A stretch of 62,947 bases of DNA, counting the filler, from Basidiobolus ranarum (taxonomy: Eukaryota), in the NCBI GenBank assembly GCA_040143965.1. It is 10 parts of 10 records of this genome, joined end to end, with 100 filler letters (N's around TTAATTAATTAA, not from the genome) between each part and the next. Parts side by side here need not be neighbours in the genome. Positions count along the whole stretch, not along the records: positions 50,469 to 56,660 come from JASJQH010001382.1; positions 56,761 to 62,947 come from JASJQH010001383.1; 8 more parts are not named here. The stretch is one strand, 5' to 3'. The notes beneath the pieces were generated by a model. The model was given only the letters and a program-made list of their open reading frames with translations. It was not told the origin of the DNA and searched no databases. Below, one piece after another: positions 53,933 through 62,947 of the stretch (positions within the stretch are counted from its first letter, which is position 1; every line of letters starts with the position of its first letter). The translations under genes were made by a program, and so were the position numbers.

Positions 53933-55378
53933 CTAGATGTATGTAACACTAGTTCCCATTCTTAACGTTTGCCATAGTTTACTTGCTAGCATCCCTACTG
54001 CTCTTGAAACGGATTTTCTACGAGCTATCATACCAAGAAGTATCAGGACCATCACCACAATAATGACGCCATTACCAGCTCCGCCCTGCGAGAGCTGATG
54101 AAACCAGCGTTGTAACCATGCCAAAGTCTGCTGGCGCATTGTGTTTTTGGGTGGGATAGATGAAGAGGTTGAAGCTCGGTTAATCAAGGTTCCATTGGAC
54201 TTAACATCTTGTTTGGATGAAGAGGGGATATCGACTTTGGTTGACTGTACCGCTTTGGAAGCCTCTTGCTTTAATTGCTTTTCAATTAATGTCTCGATAG
54301 CTGTTTCGGGATTATTAGGAGCAAGTTCAGTGTTCTTAACGTTATTTGGTAACTCAGTAATACTGGACTTCTTGCGCGGTTTCAATGAGCGTTGAAATAA
54401 TTTTTCAAGACGCTGTTGATAAATCTAGACGTTAGGGAGGGGAAATAATAAATTAGCTCTGATATACGATGAATATTGGAACCGAATATTTACACTACCT
54501 CCTTTCTAGAAGTAGAAACCACTGTATTGTAAAGTAAAAAGTCTCGAGCGGTATCCCATTCAGACATTTTCGGCAATACATGTAAAACGTATAGTTCAAC
54601 AATCTTTTCATAATTTAACCATAACCTAGATATCTCAGTGTTGGAAGAATCATGGTTGTCCTGATTAGATTCGACTTGCATTCTCAATGCCTCAAGGTTG
54701 TCAATCAAAGAATCTGGTAAGGTGGATAACCAACGTTCAATAATATCTCGTGCCTGAAGTTCCATATTTTTGTTGAGACAGAGAAGGACGCTATAAGTAG
54801 AAAAAAAGTGGAGTTAGTATGGTATTCAAACAGTTGAAAAGTTAAACCGAAACTCTGATATATGGTGGTATAAGCTAAACTCACCAAGAAATAGTTACTT
54901 CTACATCCACATCACCCTCTACACCGTTGAAAGATTCAATGATTTTATTCCATATCTCTGAAATATACACAACTTCCGACTCCCAACGAGCTTTTTGACC
55001 TGCAGCAGTAGTTTTTGGTCGTTCTTGTTGCTCTTGTCTTTCTTTCATTCCAAAGATATTGATGTAAAGTACCCAAAGTTTACGTCTTAGCTCAAGTAAC
55101 TCCACTGGCAAAGAAGTTACCGGTGAAGTGGAGGCAGACCAGACTTCAAGTTCGTAATGAAGCTTGCTCAGAGCATCCAAACAGGTTGACCATGCTGGGC
55201 CATACTGTCGTAGTAGGAAGGCTCTGCTAGACTTCTGCCGCAGTGAGTGAATCAACGGAAACCGAGTATTAGGAAGGCCATGTACCGATCCATGGTTTGA
55301 AGTTTTGGTGTCGAGTTTCGAAGGCATGTATTTGCTTGAATGGGTGGTGTCGGTATATGGAAGTACTAGAGGTGACAT
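53933..55378 (-). CDS. PEX26: Peroxin Pex26-like tail-anchored protein (3 exons)
   Basis: AFLLRQY...LWVLYI, ELYVLHVLPxxxEWxxARDF, a C-terminal TM segment, and the fungal Pex26-type tail KLWQTLRMGTSVTYI. Confidence 0.75.
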
Positions 55379-56660
55379 AGAAAAAAGGGGATATAGAAAT
55401 AGAGATTATTATAGAAACAGGGAGAAATATGATTCGATTGAGTTTTACTTGGCAACAAAGTAGACTAACGTTTAGAAGACAGCGGGGTCGAGGCTATAAT
55501 ATTATAGTTTCTGACTGAAAGCAGATTAGAACTCCAATACAAGGGGTAAATCGATAGAGCTTCAGTAGGTATGTAGAATAGACGAGAAACTAACAAGCGT
55601 AGATTAGGGATGAAATATTATGTATGGAAGCCTCTGAGTTTGGTTGGTGAATAGTGTATGCGTATGGGATACGAGGAGGAAGCTAAAAAATTCAAATCAA
55701 TGAGCTCCATATAATGTCATGTTGCTTGATTAAAACGATCAATATAAATGATCAGTTACCGGATAATCAGCAAATAATATCAGATCACATTGACTTGCCA
55801 AATTAACGCATCTGTTTCATGTTGACTAAGGTTAAATATAGAGATCCCATATCCTGTTCGAGATTCCTACGAGCGCCTTGAATACTCCCGCTGCAGAAAC
55901 AATGATTTGGTAGCAAAGTGTGGAAAACATGGCTCAACCTCATTTGCTTGTTGCCATTGAGATCAGGCGCAGGAACGACACAAAGGATTAAGATGATCTA
56001 AGAAAGTGCAACGAGGTTGGTTGTACATAATTTACTCCCTCCAGCTGCATATTCTTAGTGGCTGCTCTCCGTTCACATGTCAAACTCGCTCCTGGAGATG
56101 CTAGGAATAAGCTTCATACACATCGGATGTTTGAAGACTCCAGCGTCACCACTCTAGAGCTAACTCAGACTGAATATGCAGAACAATGACGTTATATGAG
56201 GAATGATGGACCATTGAAACCAAGGAGGGTTCAAGCCAGTGAGGGTGCTACAGCTGCTTAGATTATCGCCCATGTTGAGAGGTCTTGGAAACTCGATCTC
56301 ACAACCACTGTAGCCAGCGGGATCCACACAAGCCTCTTTTACTACCTCCATTGGCTGAGCATGTAGCCTAGCCTCAACCCTAGAGAATCGGATCCCAGGA
56401 CGAAAGGAAAGAATATGAAAGATACATTAATCCCACACGACACTCGCACTAGCTTCAAGGCGTTGGGTAATCTCAACACCACACGGCATCTCAACCGAGA
56501 CTACATAGGCTATACCAATCAATAATAGATGAGATGAGATCCATCAGTTTATTCTAACTCGATGATTCAGATTTAGTAATGCTGCCAATGGGTACCTCCG
56601 CACACTCATTATCACATGAATATCCAAGCTACTTTCACAAAGGACCCAAATCACTCATCG

Positions 56661-56760
56661 NNNNNNNNNNNNNNNNNNNNNNNNNNNNNNNNNNNNNNNN
56701 NNNNTTAATTAATTAANNNNNNNNNNNNNNNNNNNNNNNNNNNNNNNNNNNNNNNNNNNN
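56661..56760. other. Artificial contig spacer
   Basis: 44 N + TTAATTAATTAA + 44 N. Confidence 0.99.
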
Positions 56761-59700
56761 CATGGGGTCAGCTATCATTCCTTGTAACATGGTTTTTAGA
56801 TAATTGACATGTCGCTCAATTGTCTGATGATCGAATAGAGCAGTTGAAAAGCTCAATTCGCCAATAATCTCATCACCAACCTCTTGTAAATCTAGGTCTA
56901 GATCGAACTCGATAGTCTCGTAGCTGTATAAGTCAGGTATTACCTCAAGACCTGGCAATTGCCAATCACCCTCCTCGTTGTTTTGCCAGATAAATAGGAC
57001 TTGGAACAATGGAGAATGATCCAGTTTACGAGGCGGCTGTAAAATTCTAACAACTTCCTGAAAGGGAAGGTCTTGATTATCTTGAGCCGCCAGTGCACAG
57101 TGCTGAACCCTTTCAAACAATGAAAGCGAACTAGGCTCTCCAGAAAGATCAATGCGCAACGCCAGTACATTGACAAAAAAGCCTATCATTCGCTCAATCT
57201 CAGGGTGATTACGATTTGCGTTTAATGTGCCAATAACGATATCATCTTGACCAGAAAGACGAGACAAGACTGTACTCCATGCAGTCAACAAGATTACAAA
57301 TAGAGTCACACCATGCTCTTGACTCAAGCGCTTGAGTCCAAGTGTTATTTCTTCATTAAGATGAACTGTCAGCACGGCTCCAGCAAAGGATTGCTTAGGA
57401 GGGCGGGGCCGATCTGTGGGTAGTTCGAGGAGTGCAGGTGCATTGGAAAGTGCTTCATGCCAATATTCGCTCTGGGTTTGGATTTTCTCTCCGGAGAGCC
57501 ATTGTTTTTGCCAGGCGGCATAGTCAGGGTATTGAATGAGAACTGGTGGCAATGGGTTGGGCTGATCAGCATGATATGCAGCATACAGAATATTCAATTC
57601 TTGAGTGAGCACTCCAAAAGACCAGCCATCCAATATGATATGATATGCGGTGAATAGAAATACGTGCTCATTGTCTGAAAGTTGGATTAAACGTGCCCGA
57701 ATAAGTGGTCCATGCGATAGATTAAATGGCTCATACATCTCCAATGCATTCAAGTTTTGAAGTTGTACCTGGGCGTTGAGATCACCTCTTAGGTCATGCC
57801 ATTTGATAGGTATACCAATCTCGGGGTTCAGTAGCTGTACCATGGGTTTACCGTCAATATTGAGAAGTACTGAGCGTAGCGCTTCATGGCGCGTGAACAA
57901 GGTATTTAATGCTTGTTGCCAGGCCATCGTATTCAGTGATCCGCAAAATCTCATAGAAAATGGAATATTGTAGGTTGCCCTGGCCCTATCATTGAGTTGG
58001 GTCACGAACCATAAGCCCTCTTGAGTGAAGGAAGGCTCCAAGACTCTCATGCGGGAGACTGGCATGATGGCACGGGATATACTGTCTTTTTGGTTCATAC
58101 GCTGCTTAACAGCAATGGCCAGTGAAGAGAGGCTGGGAGTAGAAAAGATGACTGTCAGCGGTAATTCAGCTCCCAACTCCATGACACGGTTCATCAGGCG
58201 TACCGCCAGTAACGAGTGACCACCAAGCGCAAAAAAATTATCATTTCGACCGACAAGTGGAATTTGCAGAAGAGCACTCCAGATACCCGCCAAGGCAGTT
58301 TCAATTTCACCTTGTGGTGCTACATATGCCTCGGGATCAATGGCTTCGTTATCCAAAATGGGTAGCGCTAACCGATCAAGTTTACCATTATGTAATAGCG
58401 GCAGTGCATCCAAGCGTACAAACCTAGTTGGTATCATATATTCTGGAAGCTTAGCTTTGAGATAAGCACGTAATATGCGAACCAGATGTTCATCCTGCTG
58501 AGTCACGACATATGCGACAAGGCGCTTATTCATTCCTTCACCAAGAGCAAGCACAACGGCTTTCTGGACTTTCGGATGCTCAACTAAGCGTGCTTCAATT
58601 TCTCCAATTTCAATTCGAATTCCCCGGATCTTGACCTGATGATCATTGCGGCCAAGATATATGAGTGTTCCATCAGGCAGGTAACGAGCTAGATCTCCAG
58701 TTTTATACATCCTAGCATTGCTCTCATGATTGAATGGATCGGCAAGGAAGCGCTCAGCAGTCATCTCGGGAAGATTCAGATAGCCACGAGTGACACCAGC
58801 ACCACCAATGTAAATCTCACCTATTACTCCCAACGGCACTGGCTGACGGTGAACATCCAACAAATAGACGCGAGTATTTGCAATCGGTCGGCCAATGGGG
58901 GCCCATTCTCCCTTGAAATCCGGTGGACAACACCATATAAGAGAGTGAACTGTTGTTTCTGTTGGCCCGTAGATGTTGATAATATCTCCGTGAGAGATTA
59001 GTGATTGAAGTAATGTTCCACTGAGCGCTTCACCTGCCATGATTAGTGTTAGTGGTGAGCTTAGGATGGGTAAAGTATTGTCGCCCTGAAACAAGGATGG
59101 GATTAGGCCTACATGGGTAATTGAATGTTTCGCCATATAATCCCATAAAAGTTTACAATCCAAACGGGCTATATTCGGAGGAAGATATAGGCTAGCACCA
59201 CAGCTTAATGTCTTGAAAATATCTAAGACACTTAGATCAAAATTTAATGAACTAAATTGCAACACCCGACTAGTGGAATCAATCCCGTAGCAGTTTCCTG
59301 GACCTTGAACGAAATTCATCAAATTTCTATGCTCAACCATCACTCCTTTAGGAGTTCCTGTTGAGCCAGAGGTGTATATTACGTAGGCAAGATGCTGTGA
59401 AGTCAACTCCGAAATGAAAGGATCAGTAGTGAGGGATGGCATCTCAGTATTTGGGTCAAGGACAGTCAGCATTGCACAAGTCACTTCACCCAGTGTAACA
59501 CGTCCTACTTCATCGGCTAGTAAGATAAATGGTGTAGCGTCCTTGAGTATGTCAGTAAGGCGCTCACATGGATATATTGGGTCAAGTGGAACATAAGCAC
59601 CACCAGCTTTTAAGATTGATAGTATCCCTACCACCATTGCTGGTGAACGTGTTACACAAATCGCCACACGTATGTCTGGTTTGACGCCTAGCTTCACGAG

Positions 59701-62700
59701 CTGATGTGCGAGGCAATTGGCACGTATATTAAGTTGTTCATAAGTCCATATTTCATCTTCGTACACCAGTGCAGTAGCATGTGGATTTCGCTTGACTTGC
59801 TGTTCAAACAGCTGCTGAATACACTTGTACTCCTCGTAGGGGCTCTCTGTCTGGTTCCACGTCTCAAGTAGAATCTCACGCTCTTCCCTTGGCACAACCT
59901 CCAACTGTCCAACTGATATACTAGAAGTACTCTCAAGCGCCTCAGCCAGACTTTGTAGCGTTTGATGCATATAGCCGCATATTCTAACTGGGTCAAGTGG
60001 CTCTACGACTTGTACAGTCAAGCCCATTGCTATGTCGAAATCCTCAACTGCTAGCGAGAGTGGATAGTTGGTACGTTCACACGCACCTAGGAAATCAATT
60101 CCGGGGTAACTAAAGCGTTCACTCTCGCCCACAAACTCAGCAGTTGGTATTGCATCTTTACCAGATGGTAACGTATCACGCCGATAATTCATATTAGAGC
60201 TGAGAAGTGGTGCACCGGCTGGTAGACTACTGCAGCGCTGCGCTAGAGCTAATGAAGCGTATTCATGCTCAATTAGTGCTGCTAGATTCCTGTGAGTCTG
60301 CCGAACGCTATCTTGCACACTATGCTCATCAAGGTCAATACGTAATGGCAGTGTATTAACGCAAAGACCCATCATATGGTTCGACCCTTCTCCAGCCTGC
60401 ACTCGTCCAGAAAGCAGGGTACCGAACACTACACGCTTTTGACCACTGGTGCTTGAGAGAACCCGAGCCCATGCTAGGTGACACAGGCTAGATAAGCTTA
60501 CACCTAATCGTTTCGCCTGAGAACGCAGACGATCATTTAAATCTTGCGGGAGAATTCGATGAGACTCGGTGATATTTGTTCCGTCGCAATAAACATCGGA
60601 TAGTCCAAACGGAAGTGTACCCTCATTAATATCGGCTAAAACATCGGTGAAGTAGCTCTCATGTTCCTCTTGGGTCCTTCCCAAGCGGACTTGAGCTACC
60701 AAGTTGCGAAACGGCTGAGGGGTAGGTAAGGTATCGACTGGAAGATCGTCGAGGAAAGACTTGATCTCGATATTCATCCTCTCCTGCGTTACGTGGTCAC
60801 CTATGAGATGGTGCACCAACTGGATGAGAAGAAAACGACCATCAATATCTTGAGCAATTGCAAAATGTATTAATGGAGCCTTCGACAGATCAATGCGATA
60901 TTTTCGAGGATCGAAGCGCTTCATTAGTTGTTCTGTAAACGGTCCATCAGCAGAGTCAAGAGTAAGTTCAGTAACATGTAATGGTGCATGGCGCCAAACC
61001 ACTTGAGCAGGCTCAGTGATATTTTCCCAGGTAAAGGATGTGCGAAGGATATCGTGACGATTAACTACCTTCTGAAATGCATTCAGATAGCGATCAAGTA
61101 ATGCCCGGTTATCAAAAGCCATCTGAGAGATCAGAAGATAAGGATCGCCAGTGTCTTCTAGGATGTGGTGAAACAGAATACCATCCTGTAAAGGAGTCAA
61201 CGTATAAATATCTTGGATATTCTTTACTCCGTTCGGAACTTTCCTAATAATAACCTCGATATCAGTTTGACTGAGGTTAATGAGCGGTAACTGGTTCGGG
61301 GTCAAGGTAGTTGCATTAGACATGATAGTATTGGGCGGTATGTGTAGCTCATGGTGCCTGGTAAGTGTCTTAGCCAGTGTACTGAGAGTGTGCTCAGCAA
61401 ATAAGGTACGCAGATCAACTTTTAGCCCGAGGCATCTTAGGCGGTCGATCATCGCTGCTACCGCTAGCGAGTGACCACCCAGAGCAAAGAAATTATCGTT
61501 ACGACTAATATACTCTACATGTAGCAGCTCACTCCAGATTCCCGCCAAAGAAACTTCTATTTCACCCTGTGGTAATTCATAAATTTGACGAGCAAAAGAA
61601 TCTTCATTTGGAATTGGTAGTGCTTGACGATCGAGCTTATCATTTGGAGACAGTGGTAGTGCATCCAGTCGCACAAAATTTGTTGGTATCATATATTCCG
61701 GCATCGCAGTCTGGAGGTATACGCGCAGTTTGCGCACAAGACAATCATCAGGATCGGCTACCACATACGCAACAAGGTGCTTTCCACTGTCATCATTTAA
61801 CGCAAGCACAACTGCCTCTTGTACTTGCGGATGTTGAACCAAGCGAGCTTCAATCTCACCAGTTTCAATTCGAATGCCATGAATTTTAACCTGATGATCA
61901 TTGCGGCCAAGATATATCAGCGTCCCATCTGATAGGTAGCGAGCTAGATCTCCTGTTTTGTACATCCTAGCATCGCCATCTTCACTGAATGGATCAGCCA
62001 GAAAGCGTTCAGCAGTCATCTCGGGAAGGTTCAGATAACCTCGAGTGACACCAGCACCACCAATGTAAATCTCACCTATCGTTCCCAGGGGCACTGGATG
62101 GTGGTATGAATCAAGCAAATAAATACGAGTATTTGCTATTGGTCGTCCAATAGGAGCAAATTCTCCCTTAAAGTGGGTTGGGCAACGCCATATAGTGGCG
62201 CTAATTGATGTTTCCGTTGGGCCATAAGCGTTAAAAATAACCCCTTGAGGGATCAAAGACTGAAGTAATGTTTCACTCAGAGCTTCACCTCCCATGATTA
62301 CAGCTAGAGGTGTACTCAGAATCGGTAAGTTCTTGGCATCTTGGAGCATTGCTGGTGTCAAGGTTACATGAGTAATGGCATGCTTTGCCAAATAATCCCA
62401 CAAAGCATTCCGGTCAATACGGGCGATATCAGGTGGTAAGTACAATCTTGCACCGCAGCTTAAAGCCATAAATATCTCAGAAACACTCGTATCAAAACTG
62501 AGTGGAGCAAACTGCAACACTCGGCTTGATGAACCCACCTCAAAGCAAGTTCCCTCTGCCTGAATGAGGTTTATGATTCCTCGATGTTCCACCATCACTC
62601 CTTTCGGATTACCAGTAGAGCCAGAAGTGTAAATCACATAGGCGAGATGTTGTGCAGTCAACCATGATGTATCAGGATTGGTAGTGGGCCATGTCGTCTG

Positions 62701-62947
62701 TATGTTCGGATCAAGAACAGTCATCGAGGTGAGATCCTCTTCACTCAGTGCAGTACGTCCAGTCTTATCAGCTATCAGCACTATTGGGGAGGAATCTTTC
62801 AGTATGTACGACAGCCGGCTTCTAGGATATGTTGGGTCAAGTGGAACATACGCGCCACCCGCCTTTAAGACCGAGAGTAACCCCACAACCATGGCTGGCG
62901 ACCGTTCGACACAGATCGCGATGCGCGTATCCGGTTTGATGGACAAT
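56761..62947 (-). CDS. Bacterial-type NRPS internal fragment, A-T-dual E/C-A-T-C(LCL), open at both ends
   Basis: A: LAYVIYTSGSTG, YGPTE, YKTGDL (twice). T: FFALGGHSL (twice). Dual E/C: HHILEDTGD plus HHLIGDH. Last C: YHIILDGWS, DYAAWQ, LPTDRPRP, IGFFVN. Intronless. Confidence 0.96.

Overview
This is not one locus. It is ten unrelated contigs of about 6.2 kb, sorted by decreasing length (6219, 6217, 6213, 6213, 6207, 6202, 6199, 6198, 6192, 6187 bp) and joined by artificial 100-bp spacers (44 N, TTAATTAATTAA, 44 N). The DNA is from a fungus with many short GT-AG introns. The gene set (division-1 chitin synthase, animal-like site-2 protease, ANKRD16-like protein, two NRPS types) suggests an early-diverging fungus, possibly Basidiobolus; this is an inference. 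Housekeeping genes, many cut at contig ends: MSH1, DNF3-like flippase, class I G-alpha, chitin synthase, cAMP-receptor-like GPCR, S2P, TFIIIC subunit 6, VPS13, VPS39, Aurora kinase, SAM synthetase (tandem pair), SPX phosphate transporter and PEX26. Accessory content: a fungal-style NRPS fragment (T-E-C-A-T-C), a bacterial-style NRPS fragment with a dual E/C domain (A-T-E/C-A-T-C), a small secreted peptide, an 8-Cys mucin-like protein, a Ty1/copia solo-LTR family with TSDs, and other retroelement relics. The most notable candidate is a long SAM-synthetase intron with a G-U-containing multi-stem RNA structure, an alternative fold, flanking direct repeats and a cryptic poison 3' splice site, which could be a SAM-responsive splicing element.
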